A stretch of DNA of 64,000 nucleotides from positions 800,001-864,000 of the forward strand of contig CAWCLO010000004.1 of the NCBI GenBank assembly GCA_963796455.1, written 5' to 3'. This document shows positions 1 to 12,003 of this stretch, piece by piece (the first letter of the stretch is position 1; each line of letters starts with the position of its first letter). A model generated the notes under the pieces. That model did not search any database and had not been told where the DNA came from. It saw nothing but the letters and a program-made list of their open reading frames with translations. The position numbers and the translations under genes were made by a program. Source of the stretch: Candidatus Sulfomarinibacteraceae bacterium. Its GTDB lineage: Bacteria > Acidobacteriota > Thermoanaerobaculia > Thermoanaerobaculales > Sulfomarinibacteraceae.

Positions 1-1192
1 CGGGGCCGATTTCAAAATCGCCAATCTTTTCTGCGACCTCTGTTTCGTCCCGGTCGACGCCGAGTGTCTGGAATAGAGCCTGCAGGTAGGGGTGCACCGG
101 GTTACCGGTCAACAGGGCATTGCGGAGGAGCCAGGGACCGAAAGAGAGACCGACTGCGAGACCGAAGGCCAGGGCGTGGATCCCCACCCGACGGAGTCGC
201 GAGGGAGCCGCCTGATCGGCGAACACCAGCAACACTCCCATACACGCGAGAGGGATCACGAACTGACCGATCGCGGTATATTTGCAGCCGGCGCTGAAGC
301 CCGCCAGAAGACCTGCAGTCACGATCCAGCGGAGGGACCGGTCCTGATTTCGGTACATTTCGAGGAGAGCGATCAGCCCGCCGATTCCGAATGCCGCCAC
401 TCCGAGATCGGAACCGGCCAGGGCTCCGAGTTGGACGAAAGCCGGAGTGGCCGTCAAGACGACGGCCGCAAGCAGCCGGCCGAAGCTTCGTGCGCCCAAC
501 TGTTTCGCCACGGCGGCCGATCCCCCGGCGGCGAGAAAACCGAACCACCAATGGGAAACCTGAGCGCCCCACGGGCCCGGACCTGCCAGGCTGTAGAGAT
601 AAAGCAGCCCCGAGTTGGCGGGCATGAACGAGAACCCGTGCAGAGGATAGGTGACGACTGTTCCTGCGCGAAGCCACTGATATGGGAAAGCGAGATGGTA
701 GTTCCATTGATCGTAAAAGGGGGCGAAGCTCGTGGCAGCGATCAGGGTCAGGGCGCTCGCGCCTAAAAAGATCAAAGCCGGTGGAAGTTCCTGCCAGCTG
801 CGGTCAGCGGACCATTCAGGCCGCAGTCGAGACAGGAGAACGGCTCCGCGACAGGTCCATCCGGTGAGCACGATCAGAAGAAGCGACGGATAGGCCAGGT
901 GCACGAGCGCAAGCAGGCCGGCGCAGGCAATCAATACAGCGGTGCCCAAAGTGAGGGTGATGATGACGTGCTCGAGACCGAGATCATCCGATGCAAAAAG
1001 CCAGCGGGCGCAGAGGCTCCCGGCGCCCCAGCAAGCGACGCCGATAACGGTAGCCCACAGGGAGGCAAGAAACAGGGGATAGACCGCGCTGATTGCCGGC
1101 AGCCATCCGTAGAGGGTCAGCACCAGACCGGCTGCAACGGCCAGGATTGCCGTGACAATTAAAGGGAACCGGTCGGTCTTTGCCTGAGCCAT
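1..1192 (-). CDS. Polytopic membrane protein, GT-C/ArnT-PMT-like glycosyltransferase (runs off left edge; absent from ORF track)
   Basis: Manual translation from ATG at 1192: MAQAKTDRFPLIVTAILAV...PFYDQWNYHLAFPYQW...GFSAGCKYT...PWLLRNALLTGNPVHPYL; many hydrophobic segments. Confidence 0.7.
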   Translation of the reverse strand, partial: MAQAKTDRFPLIVTAILAVAAGLVLTLYGWLPAISAVYPLFLASLWATVIGVACWGAGSLCARWLFASDDLGLEHVIITLTLGTAVLIACAGLLALVHLAYPSLLLIVLTGWTCRGAVLLSRLRPEWSADRSWQELPPALIFLGASALTLIAATSFAPFYDQWNYHLAFPYQWLRAGTVVTYPLHGFSFMPANSGLLYLYSLAGPGPWGAQVSHWWFGFLAAGGSAAVAKQLGARSFGRLLAAVVLTATPAFVQLGALAGSDLGVAAFGIGGLIALLEMYRNQDRSLRWIVTAGLLAGFSAGCKYTAIGQFVIPLACMGVLLVFADQAAPSRLRRVGIHALAFGLAVGLSFGPWLLRNALLTGNPVHPYLQALFQTLGVDRDETEVAEKIGDFEIGP

Positions 1193-1242
1193 CTACTCGA
1201 TCGTATCGCAGCAGGCCCGCACCTTTTGCTTCATCCGCGGGA

Positions 1243-2676
1243 TCAAACGGTCCTCGAATACACCGGCCCGTCGCTGGGCTGATCGAGGTAGGCGTCGAAA
1301 GGCATGCAGATATTGCGGAGAAAAAACCGTCCGGTGTCGCTGACCCTGAGACCGTGGTCGTCCATTTCAAGCAGACCATCTGCCCGCATCGTGTCGAGCT
1401 GCGACAGTGCCGCCGCGAAATGCGATCGAGGGTCTACCTGGAAGTGCTCTTCGACCCACCGGTAGTCCAGTTTGAGGGTGCAGATGATGCGGTTGATCAC
1501 CGCGCGTCGAAGTTCGTCCTCGGCGGAGCGAAGGATTCCCCGTTCAACCGGCAGTCGGCCCGAGGCCACGGTGCGTTCGTATTCGGCGAGTTTTTTCCGG
1601 TTGGCGACGAATGCTCCGGCCACATCACCGATGGAGCTGACGCCGATCCCCACCTGATCGGATGCAGGCATTGTCGTATAGCCCATAAAATTGCGGTGTA
1701 CCCGATCCTGCTCGAGCGATTGAGCCAACTCGTCGCCAGGTCGCGCAAAATGATCAAACCCGACAAAACGGTAGCCGGCTTCAGTGAACTCCTGGGCCGC
1801 ACCGACAAAGATCCTGAATTTGTTCCAGCCCGCGGGCATCGGCATCGTTTCGAGCTGTCGTTGGTGGGGCTTGATCCACGGCACGTGGGCATAGGAAAAA
1901 CAGGCTACGCGATCGGGCTCGAGCTCTCGAATCACTGTTCGGACGGTGCGGCGGAACTGTTCCTCGTCCTGGCCGGGGAGGCCATAGACGAGATCGATAT
2001 TGACCGATTGGAATCCCAGTCGCCTCGCCTCGGTCACATGATCGAGGGTGAGCTCCAGTGGTTGGATCCTTTTGATCGCCTCCTGGACGGAGTGGTCGAG
2101 ATCCTGGACGCCCATGGATACGCGATTGAAGCCGAGCTGCCGCAGTGTCGCGAGGTGATCATGGGTTGTCACGCAGGGATCGATCTCGAGGGCGATCTCA
2201 GCGTCCTCGGTGAGTTCGAATCTGGATGAGATGTCTGCAAACAAATGGGAGCATTGCTCGGGCGACAGATAGGTCGGGGTTCCGCCTCCCCAATGGAGCT
2301 GGTTGAGCAAGCGCCTCGGACCGAGCGCGCCCTGCAGGAGATCGAGTTCCGCCGCCACCACTTCGAGGTAGGCCTTCTCCGGTCCCCGCCGCGGCGAGAT
2401 CACCACGTTGCATCCGCAGAAGGTGCACCTTTCTTCGCAAAAGGGAAGGTGGACGTACATCGACAAGGTTTCATCGGGGCGTTCGGCGGCCGCCCGCAAT
2501 CGTTCCCGGTAGGCCACCTCGTCAAAATCCGGACTGAAATGGGGGGCGGTGGGGTAGGAGGTGTAGCGCGGACCCGGCTTGTCATAGCGGGCCAACAGAT
2601 CGGGCGACAGTGTGGACAGATCGAGCGTCACGCTCTTCGCCCGGCGCTCGGCTTCGAATTTCGGATTTCCGTCCAC
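1243..2676 (-). CDS. hemN: Oxygen-independent coproporphyrinogen III oxidase (radical SAM)
   Basis: GPRYTSYPTA, YVHLPFCEERCTFCGC, HWGGGTPT, HRNFMGYT motifs; hem operon context. Confidence 0.95.
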   Translation of the reverse strand: MDGNPKFEAERRAKSVTLDLSTLSPDLLARYDKPGPRYTSYPTAPHFSPDFDEVAYRERLRAAAERPDETLSMYVHLPFCEERCTFCGCNVVISPRRGPEKAYLEVVAAELDLLQGALGPRRLLNQLHWGGGTPTYLSPEQCSHLFADISSRFELTEDAEIALEIDPCVTTHDHLATLRQLGFNRVSMGVQDLDHSVQEAIKRIQPLELTLDHVTEARRLGFQSVNIDLVYGLPGQDEEQFRRTVRTVIRELEPDRVACFSYAHVPWIKPHQRQLETMPMPAGWNKFRIFVGAAQEFTEAGYRFVGFDHFARPGDELAQSLEQDRVHRNFMGYTTMPASDQVGIGVSSIGDVAGAFVANRKKLAEYERTVASGRLPVERGILRSAEDELRRAVINRIICTLKLDYRWVEEHFQVDPRSHFAAALSQLDTMRADGLLEMDDHGLRVSDTGRFFLRNICMPFDAYLDQPSDGPVYSRTV

Positions 2677-2740
2677 TCTCCTTGAAAGTCTTCTGAAGGC
2701 AGTGCGACAAATTCGAAATTCGAAATCCGAAATCCGAAAT
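2653..2740. repeat. Heptamer tandem repeat (GAAATYC)n with an inverted partial copy
   Basis: aaattcgaaattcgaaatccgaaatccgaaat at 2709-2740; ttcgaatttcggattt at 2653-2668. Confidence 0.7.
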
Positions 2741-3759
2741 CAGTTGCCATATCGAAAACCCTGCACGGTCCTGACGAAGGCCTCCATCGCGTGGACCGGC
2801 ACGTCGGGTGTGATGCCGTGGCCCAGGTTCGCGATGTATCCGGTTGTTGGTGCGCTCTTCAGCATGGCCGTGGCACGTCGTTCGATCTCTTCATCCGGGC
2901 CCATCAGGGATCCCGGGTCGAGGTTGCCCTGAAGCGCGTGGCCGGGCAGTGCCGCGGCCGCCCTGCGAAGATCCACACGCCAGTCGAGACCGAGGACCTC
3001 ACACGGCATATCAGGGAGGTCGTGCAGAAGGTGGGCGCCACCGTTGGCAAAGTAGATCCTCGGCACGCCGAGACTCTTGGTTGCTTCGAGAAGGCGTCGT
3101 GCCGGTCGAAGCGCCCATCGGCGGGCATCGTCCGCTCCGAGGGCTCCGACCCAGGAATCGAAGATCTGCACCGCCTGGGCGCCGTGTTCGACCTGCGTCG
3201 CGAGGTAGGCCGCCATCGCATCGGCGAGAGTGTTCAGCAGACTTTCGAATGCTTCGGGGTGGTGCAGCGCGAAGGACTTGACCTTGGTGAAGCTGCGCGA
3301 AGTCCCACCCTCCACCAGATATGAGGCCAGGGTCCACGGTGCGCCGCAGAAGCCGATCAACGCGGTTTCGTCGTCGAGATCGGAACGGACGAGCGCCAAC
3401 GTCTGCGACAGGAACTCGGTACCGGCCCAGGGCTCCGGAATCGACAGCCTCGCAAGGTCTTCGGGCCTGCGGATCGGGTTGTTGATGTGGGGAGCCGGAC
3501 TGAAGCTGAGTTCGATCCCCATGGGAACCAAGGGGGTCAGAATGTCCGAAAAGACGATCGCCGCATCGAGCCCGAATCGCCGGATCGGTTGCAGTGTCAC
3601 TTCTGAAGCGATCTCGGGGGTTCGGCACATGGTGAGGAAATCGCCGCTCTTCTTGCGGATTTCCCGGTACTCCGGCAGATAGCGTCCCGCCTGGCGCATG
3701 ACCCACACCGGCGGCCGATCGACGGTCTCGCGCCTGCACGCACGCAGAAAACGGTTCAC
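2740..3759 (-). CDS. hemE: Uroporphyrinogen decarboxylase
   Basis: PPVWVMRQAGRYLPEY, DAAIVFSDIL, LQGNLDP, NLGHGI. Confidence 0.96.
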   Translation of the reverse strand: MNRFLRACRRETVDRPPVWVMRQAGRYLPEYREIRKKSGDFLTMCRTPEIASEVTLQPIRRFGLDAAIVFSDILTPLVPMGIELSFSPAPHINNPIRRPEDLARLSIPEPWAGTEFLSQTLALVRSDLDDETALIGFCGAPWTLASYLVEGGTSRSFTKVKSFALHHPEAFESLLNTLADAMAAYLATQVEHGAQAVQIFDSWVGALGADDARRWALRPARRLLEATKSLGVPRIYFANGGAHLLHDLPDMPCEVLGLDWRVDLRRAAAALPGHALQGNLDPGSLMGPDEEIERRATAMLKSAPTTGYIANLGHGITPDVPVHAMEAFVRTVQGFRYGN

Positions 3760-3785
3760 GAGCGGTGCCCTCGATTTCTGAAACG

Positions 3786-3876
3786 GAATATCGAATTTTG
3801 AATTTTGAAGACTGAATCCTCAGTTCCTGGAGGCCAGGAGGATGAAAATCCGAAATCCGAAATTCGAAATTCGAAA
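3786..3876. repeat. Inverted pair of heptamer tandem repeats between hemL and hemE
   Basis: gaatatcgaattttgaattttgaa ... aaatccgaaatccgaaattcgaaattcgaaa. Confidence 0.7.
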
Positions 3877-3877
3877 C

Positions 3878-5176
3878 TCATTTCATGTCCCTCAGCACCG
3901 CTTCAAAGATCTCGACCGTCTGATCAATGACCTCCTCGTCATGGGCCAGTGAGACAAACATGACCTCGTAGGCCGACGGTGCGAGCGAGACCCCGTGGTC
4001 GAGGAGCGCGCCGTGAAGCGTTGCGTAGGTTTCGGCAGCGGCGGGATCGATGTCTTCGAATCGTCGCGGCGGATCACCATCCTGGAGCGCCAGCCACAGG
4101 ATCGAACCGACCCTGACCACTGTCCACGGCAGATCGACATCATCAATGGCACTCTGAAGTCCCGTTTGCAGTCTGTCGCCAATTTCGTCGAGGCGGGTGT
4201 AGGCGGCGCCGTCGTTTTCGAAGAGACGATTGAGGGTTGCCGTTCCGGCGGCCATCGCCACCGGGTTGCCGGAAAGAGTTCCGGCCTGGTAGACCGCCCC
4301 CAGCGGCGCCAGGTGTTCCATCAGTTCGCGGCTCCCTCCATAGGCGCCCACCGGCATGCCGCCTCCGATCACCTTGCCAAAGGTGCTGATATCCGGGGTC
4401 AGACCATAGCGGCCGGCCGCTCCCTGGGGACCGAGGCGGAAGCCGGTGATGACCTCGTCGAGGATGAGCATGGCGCCGCAGCGATCGCACTCGCTGCGCA
4501 ACAGAGCCATGAATTTCGAGCACTGAATCAAGAGCCCCGCGTTGGCCGGGACCCCCTCGATGATCACCGCCGCGATCTCGTCACCGCGCTCTGCCATCAC
4601 TTTGAGGAAGGCTTCGCTGTCGGCAAGAGGGAGGACGATTGTATGGCTGGCAAAGCTTGCCGGGACTCCGTCGGAGGAAGGTGTGCCAAAGGTCGCGAGA
4701 CCCGAACCGGCGGCCACGAGGAGGTGGTCGGCGTGACCGTGATAGCAACCGGTGAATTTGATCACGGCATCGCGGCCGGTGATTCCGCGGGCGAGCCGGA
4801 TGGCCGACATCACGGCCTCAGTTCCCGAGGAGACGAATCGGACGGACTCGACGTGCGGAACCGCCGATGTGACGAGCTCCGCCAACTCCACCTCTTGACG
4901 GCAGGGAGCTCCGAAGGAAAGGCCCGCCACTGCGGTTTCGCTGACCGCTGCCACCGCATCGGGATGGGCGTGGCCGAGGATCAAAGGCCCCCACGAGCAG
5001 ATGTAGTCGATATAGCGGTTACCATCGACATCGAACACGTGACAGCCCGCCCCACGATCGTAGAAGAATGGATCGCCGCCGACGCTCTTGAAGGCCCGTA
5101 CCGGAGAGTTGACCCCGGCCGGCATCACGTCGCAGGCACGGCGATAGAGTTCCTCGGAGCGCCGGCGATCTCTCAC
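3878..5176 (-). CDS. hemL: Glutamate-1-semialdehyde 2,1-aminomutase
   Basis: GVNSPVRAF, SSGTEAVMSAIRLARG, FGKVIGGGMPVGAYGG, YQAGTLSGNP. Confidence 0.96.
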   Translation of the reverse strand: MRDRRRSEELYRRACDVMPAGVNSPVRAFKSVGGDPFFYDRGAGCHVFDVDGNRYIDYICSWGPLILGHAHPDAVAAVSETAVAGLSFGAPCRQEVELAELVTSAVPHVESVRFVSSGTEAVMSAIRLARGITGRDAVIKFTGCYHGHADHLLVAAGSGLATFGTPSSDGVPASFASHTIVLPLADSEAFLKVMAERGDEIAAVIIEGVPANAGLLIQCSKFMALLRSECDRCGAMLILDEVITGFRLGPQGAAGRYGLTPDISTFGKVIGGGMPVGAYGGSRELMEHLAPLGAVYQAGTLSGNPVAMAAGTATLNRLFENDGAAYTRLDEIGDRLQTGLQSAIDDVDLPWTVVRVGSILWLALQDGDPPRRFEDIDPAAAETYATLHGALLDHGVSLAPSAYEVMFVSLAHDEEVIDQTVEIFEAVLRDMK

Positions 5177-6156
5177 AGCCAGCCCTCCTGCAGCGCCATG
5201 CGGCCGTGGTATGTGATGAGGATGTCGGCACCTGCCCGGCGGAAGGCGTGCCAGTTTTCCAGAACCACCGCACGTTCGTCGATCCAGCCCTTTTCGGCAG
5301 CGGCCTTGACCATGGAGTACTCGCCGGAGACGTTGTAGACGGCCAGCGGTTGGGTAAAGGCCTCGCGGAGATCGGCGACGATGTCGAGAAATGCCAGCGC
5401 CGGTTTGACCATCAGGATATCGGCGCCCTCTTCCACATCGAGTTCCGCCTCGGCCATGGCCTCGCGGCGATTGCGGGTGTCCATCTGATGAGATCGGCGA
5501 TCGCCCGAACTCGGCGCCGAATTGGCCGCCTCGCGAAAAGGACCGTAGTAGGCCGACGCATATTTCACCGAGTAGGACATGATGGCGACATCGGACATAC
5601 CGTCGTCGTCGAGGGCCTCGCGAATCGCCGCGACCCGTCCGTCCATCATGTCCGAGGGGGCCACGATGTCGGCTCCGGCCTGAGCGTGCGCCAGCGCCAT
5701 GGCCGCGAGGTGGGGGAGGGTGGAGTCGTTGTCGACCTTGTCGTTGACGATGAGCCCGCAGTGGCCGTGATTGGTGTAGGCGCAGAGACAGACGTCGGTC
5801 ATCACCAATAGATCGTTTCCATAGGCCTTTTTGAGGGCCGCCACTGCTTCGGAAACCAGATTGTCATCGCTGGCGGCGCCGCTTCCATCCGGTCTCTTGA
5901 CGTCGTTGTCGGGGACCCCGAAGAGGAGCACCGAACGGATACCCAGTTCGAGGTCGCTACCGACCGTTTTCACCAGGTGGTCGACGGACTGGTGGTCGAT
6001 CCCCGGCATGGCGCCGATGGGCTCGGTCACTCCGGTTCCTGGCACGACGAAATGTGGTTGAACCAGCATATTGGAATCCAGCCGGGACTCCGCAACCAGG
6101 TCGCGCAACACGGGATTCATACGAAGACGTCGGGGTCTGATGATCAGCTCTTGCAT
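5173..6156 (-). CDS. hemB: Porphobilinogen synthase (ALA dehydratase)
   Basis: DVCLCAYTNHGHCG, APSDMMDGRV, YASAYYGPFREA, MVKPA, VSGEYSM. Confidence 0.96.
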   Translation of the reverse strand: MQELIIRPRRLRMNPVLRDLVAESRLDSNMLVQPHFVVPGTGVTEPIGAMPGIDHQSVDHLVKTVGSDLELGIRSVLLFGVPDNDVKRPDGSGAASDDNLVSEAVAALKKAYGNDLLVMTDVCLCAYTNHGHCGLIVNDKVDNDSTLPHLAAMALAHAQAGADIVAPSDMMDGRVAAIREALDDDGMSDVAIMSYSVKYASAYYGPFREAANSAPSSGDRRSHQMDTRNRREAMAEAELDVEEGADILMVKPALAFLDIVADLREAFTQPLAVYNVSGEYSMVKAAAEKGWIDERAVVLENWHAFRRAGADILITYHGRMALQEGWL

Positions 6157-6869
6157 AGCTCCTCCGAGAGGCTTTTCATGGTCGGTTCATTGGGGATTTT
6201 GCACTCGATGCCGATGGCGGCGGCCGCCTGTTGGGTGGTGGTTCCGAGAGCCCAGTGTTGGCAGGGGAGAGGCATACCGCCGACTCCATCAAGGTAGAGC
6301 GTAGCGGCGCGGGGCGAGGTGAGAACGACCGCCTCCAGGCTCGGGCCGAGGGGTGGCAGTTCGCGTGGCGGTGTGGGTTTCATCCGGTAGACCACCACCG
6401 GCAACACGTGGTGCCCAGCGGTGCCGAGAATAGTCGGAAGCTCGCGGCGACGTTCGCGTCCGCAGGCAAAAACGACCGGCGTCGGGGCCTCGAGTTCAGT
6501 GACCATCTTTCGTGCGAGACCTTCTCCGTTGCCCGGCCCGACGATTCGAAGCTTGAATCCAGCGTCCTCGGCGGCTTGTGCGGTGCTGGTTCCCACGGCT
6601 GCAGTCGGAAGATCGAGCAGGTGCTCCGCATCGTGGAACCGGCAGGCGGCCGCAAAACGTTTCGGCGCCCTCGGTGAGGCCATGACCAGCCAGGCGTCGT
6701 GGTTCTCGGCCGGCACACTGGCGAGGACGTCGCGCCATCCCTTGCTGTCGTCCAACTCTTCGAGGCGAAGAACGGGGTAGGGCCGAACGGTGATGCCACA
6801 GGGGCCCAGCAGCGCACGAAGCTCATCACAATCGGATGGATGGCGAGTGATGAGAACGAATCGGCTCAA
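6144..6869 (-). CDS. hemD: Uroporphyrinogen-III synthase
   Basis: VLITR, AVGTSTAQA, VVYRM, TSPRAA, ALGTTTQQA; lies between hemC and hemB; TTG start overlaps hemC stop. Confidence 0.8.
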   Translation of the reverse strand: MSRFVLITRHPSDCDELRALLGPCGITVRPYPVLRLEELDDSKGWRDVLASVPAENHDAWLVMASPRAPKRFAAACRFHDAEHLLDLPTAAVGTSTAQAAEDAGFKLRIVGPGNGEGLARKMVTELEAPTPVVFACGRERRRELPTILGTAGHHVLPVVVYRMKPTPPRELPPLGPSLEAVVLTSPRAATLYLDGVGGMPLPCQHWALGTTTQQAAAAIGIECKIPNEPTMKSLSEELCKS

Positions 6870-7807
6870 TTGTCGACCACCGTGGGCATGGCCACGCGGA
6901 GCGCTTCGAAGCACACGCGGGCGGCGGTCTCCGGGTCGCGGGCGACTCCCGCCACACGGGCGACCCTGCCGCGGGTGGCTTCGTCGTCGATGTCTCCGAG
7001 GATCGCCTGCAGCCGCAGACCGTTCTCGTCCTCCGTCGCCAGACAACCGAGCGGCAGGTGACAGCCTCCTCCGAGGAGTTCGAGCAGCTGCCGTTCAGCG
7101 CCGACGCAGCGTGCAACATGGTGATCGTTGAGGCCGGTGAGAATCTCGACGGTCGGATCCTCGGCCCGGGTCTCGATGGCCAGAGCCCCCTGGCCGGGGG
7201 CCGGCAGCATGATCTCCGGCGCCATCTCCAGGAGATCGAGATCGCCAAGGTCGAGTTGCAGTCGTTCGACTCCGGCGGCGGCCAGGAGGATCGCATCATA
7301 GTCGCCGTCTTGCAGTTTGCGAACACGGGTCGGGACGTTGCCCCGAAGAGCACGGATCACGACCTCGGGATTGTGCCCGAGGGTCTGCGCCGCGCGACGC
7401 AGGGAGGAGGTCCCGACGATCGCTCCGGTCGGCAGACCCAGCGGGTTCGAGGGGGTCGAGTCGAGCAACCCAGACCTGGCCAGGAGCAGATCTCGCGGAT
7501 TGGCCCGTGAGAGCACGGCCGCAACCGCGAGCCCGTCGGGTTCTTCGGTCGGAAGATCCTTCAGAGAGTGCACCACGAGATCAATGCGTTTCTCGAACAA
7601 TGCCTCCTGCAGTTCTTTGGTGAAAAACCCCTTGCCTTCCATTTTTCGAAAGGCCACGTCGGTGACCCGGTCGCCCAACGTCTTGATGATCTCGATCGAA
7701 CAATCGCAGCCGAAGCGTTCTTCGATGAGAGCAGCCACATGGTGAGCCTGCCACAGCGCGAGATCCGATCCCCGGGTCCCGAGGCGAAAAGTCCCGGGAT
7801 CACTCAT
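6866..7807 (-). CDS. hemC: Hydroxymethylbilane synthase (porphobilinogen deaminase)
   Basis: GTRGSDLALWQA, KGFFTKEL, VHSLKDLP, GTSSLRR, RGNVPTR, GGGCHLP. Confidence 0.96.
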   Translation of the reverse strand: MSDPGTFRLGTRGSDLALWQAHHVAALIEERFGCDCSIEIIKTLGDRVTDVAFRKMEGKGFFTKELQEALFEKRIDLVVHSLKDLPTEEPDGLAVAAVLSRANPRDLLLARSGLLDSTPSNPLGLPTGAIVGTSSLRRAAQTLGHNPEVVIRALRGNVPTRVRKLQDGDYDAILLAAAGVERLQLDLGDLDLLEMAPEIMLPAPGQGALAIETRAEDPTVEILTGLNDHHVARCVGAERQLLELLGGGCHLPLGCLATEDENGLRLQAILGDIDDEATRGRVARVAGVARDPETAARVCFEALRVAMPTVVDN

Positions 7808-9114
7808 GTCGTGGATCCCCCGTCGCCGCCGTTTTTCCCATCGAGACCCTTGAGGAACCCGTCGATTACGGCGCTCGAGTGGTTCCAGGCTGCACTTTTG
7901 AGGCCTTTCAACGGGATCTGGACGAGGCGTTTTGCCAGGCCCGCTGTCATCCGCTCCACGGCCTCACGATCGGCTACCGCGAGGTGCGCCAGGTCCTTGC
8001 CGAAACTGTGCCGGATGGCCCGCTCCGCCACCTCCTGAAAACTCTCATTGAGGCTGCGGGCGGCGGGAGACAAGGCCCGATCGAAGAGATGCCGGCGAAG
8101 GGTTTCCAATTGGTGCTCGACCAGTACCTCGCAGCGGTCCATTTCTTCAAGCCGTCGCTGGCGGTTGGTCTCCGCCTCCTCGCGCATCTCCTCGATGCCG
8201 TACAGCGAGACCCTGGCCAGGGCCCCGGCCTCAGGCGCGACGTTTTGCGGCATTGCGAGGTCGATGACCAGAAGCTCTTCATCGCCTGCGAGTTTTTCCC
8301 GTACTGATTTGATTTGGTTGCGGTCCAGGAGCGCTTCGTGCGAAGAAGTGACCGCGACGATGGTGCCGACCAATGGGGTCTTGTCGATCGCATCCTGAAG
8401 CGTCATCGTCGAAGCATTGCCGTCGCCGTCGATCATCTCTTTGGCCCGGGCGGGTGTTCGATTGGCGACGATGACCGGTCTTTCGGGATCGGCGCTGCGG
8501 ATCAGTTTGAGGGTCTGGCGCGCCATGTCGCCGGCACCGAGGATCATGACCGGAAATTGATTGTTCGCCAGGTGTTCCCGCAGGGTCCGTTCCACCAGAG
8601 TGACCAGCGATACCGGACGGCGGGTGAGCTCGGTTTCCGAACGGATTCTCTTGGCGAGGTGGAAGGACTCGTGGAAGGTCTGGTCCAGGATCCCACCCAG
8701 CAGCCCGGATTGGTGGGCCGCTTCATGGGCCTCCTTGGCCTGGCCGGTGATCTGTGCCTCTCCCACCATCATCGAATCTAAGGCCGAGGTGACGCGAAAG
8801 AGGTGTCGGACGGCTGCCGGTCCGAAATGCACGTAAAGGCCTTCATCGGCGGGCAGTTGACAGGCACCTCCGGTAAGATCGGCGAGGCTGCGGCGAAGAT
8901 GGAAGAGCAGGGGATTGGTGTGGATCCGGGTTTCGCCGCGGAAGTAGAATTCGACCCGGTTGCACGTTCCGAGGTAGACAAGTTCCGAAAAACCCGCCAA
9001 CCGGGCGAGATCGACCAGATTTTCGTGCGGAAAATCGGCCGGCAACGAGGCCTCGGCGAGCTGATCTACGTGGACTGTCCGATAGGACGTCCCGACGACA
9101 CCGATTCGATCCAA
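7804..9114 (-). CDS. hemA: Glutamyl-tRNA reductase
   Basis: TCNRVEFY, LDSMMVGEAQITGQ, GAGDMA, ANRT, DLAMPQNV. Confidence 0.95.
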   Translation of the reverse strand: MDRIGVVGTSYRTVHVDQLAEASLPADFPHENLVDLARLAGFSELVYLGTCNRVEFYFRGETRIHTNPLLFHLRRSLADLTGGACQLPADEGLYVHFGPAAVRHLFRVTSALDSMMVGEAQITGQAKEAHEAAHQSGLLGGILDQTFHESFHLAKRIRSETELTRRPVSLVTLVERTLREHLANNQFPVMILGAGDMARQTLKLIRSADPERPVIVANRTPARAKEMIDGDGNASTMTLQDAIDKTPLVGTIVAVTSSHEALLDRNQIKSVREKLAGDEELLVIDLAMPQNVAPEAGALARVSLYGIEEMREEAETNRQRRLEEMDRCEVLVEHQLETLRRHLFDRALSPAARSLNESFQEVAERAIRHSFGKDLAHLAVADREAVERMTAGLAKRLVQIPLKGLKSAAWNHSSAVIDGFLKGLDGKNGGDGGSTT

Positions 9115-9293
9115 GCTACCTCCCGCAAGAGATTCTACGCGACATTCTATCGGTGATGGGTCATCGTGGCGTAAAACCAGCGAAATTGGCGCGATCAGTG
9201 GGGAAATCTGCGTTGTTTTATGGCGGAGACCGATTCCACAACGGATCTCATCTGATCACCATGGAGTCTTCGGAAGAGCCTCGGAGCAGGAGC

Positions 9294-9345
9294 TTGAGAA
9301 AATTTTCACAGAATCGTTGAGAAATTGTCCGGTGAGGAGTAATCT
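9294..9345 (+). promoter_or_regulatory. Candidate Rex operator (9294-9311) plus sigma70-like promoter for sdhC
   Basis: TTGAGAA-AATT-TTCACAG matches 12/14 of TTGTGAA-N4-TTCACAA; TTGAGA(9317)-17 bp-TAATCT(9340). Confidence 0.5.
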
Positions 9346-9421
9346 CGAAGCCACCATGACGCTTGCGGTCCACGGACTCGATCATCCGTCATGAATTCTC
9401 TGAGGGGGTTGCGTTCGGCCT

Positions 9422-10078
9422 ATGAGTCAAGCGGTTGGATTTTTGAGTTCGACGCTGGGCAAGAAGATCTTGATGGCGGTCACCGGCATCATTCTCTTTG
9501 GTTTTGTGGTCGGCCACATGCTCGGCAATTTACAAATTTATCTCGGTGAAGAACGGCTCAACCACTACGCTGAGTTGTTGCAGGCGAACCAGCCCTTTCT
9601 GTGGACATTTCGCCTGGTCATGCTGTTCTGTGTCGGCGTGCACATCCTCGCCGCCGTCCAGGTGTGGCTGAGAAACCGCGCCGCTCGGCCGGTGAAATAC
9701 AGGGTCTTCAATCCACCGGCTGTGGATTACGCTGCCCGCACAATGGTGTGGAGCGGCCCGATTCTGGCGGCTTTCATCCTGTTCCATCTCTTCGATTTGA
9801 CGGTGGGGACGGCCAACCCGGATTTCATTCGCGGTTCGGTCTATCACAACGTGATCGCCAGCTTCAGCCAACCGATCGTCGCGATCTTCTACATGGTCGC
9901 CAATCTGCTGCTGGCCTTCCACCTCTATCACGGGCTGTGGAGTCTCTTCCAGACCTTTGGTTGGGACCACAAGCGCTTTGGCGCTTGGCGCCGGGTGCCG
10001 GCAGTCTTTTTCTCGGTGCTGATCGGCGCCGGTAACATCTCGATCCCGTTGGCAGTGCTGACGGGAATCGTGAAGTAG
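9422..10078 (+). CDS. sdhC: Succinate dehydrogenase/fumarate reductase cytochrome b558 subunit
   Basis: [16 protein letters not shown], heme-ligand His residues, about 5 TM segments. Confidence 0.92.
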   Translation: MSQAVGFLSSTLGKKILMAVTGIILFGFVVGHMLGNLQIYLGEERLNHYAELLQANQPFLWTFRLVMLFCVGVHILAAVQVWLRNRAARPVKYRVFNPPAVDYAARTMVWSGPILAAFILFHLFDLTVGTANPDFIRGSVYHNVIASFSQPIVAIFYMVANLLLAFHLYHGLWSLFQTFGWDHKRFGAWRRVPAVFFSVLIGAGNISIPLAVLTGIVK

Positions 10079-10089
10079 GAGGTGACGGA

Positions 10090-11999
<1,910 letters not shown>

Positions 12000-12003
<4 letters not shown>

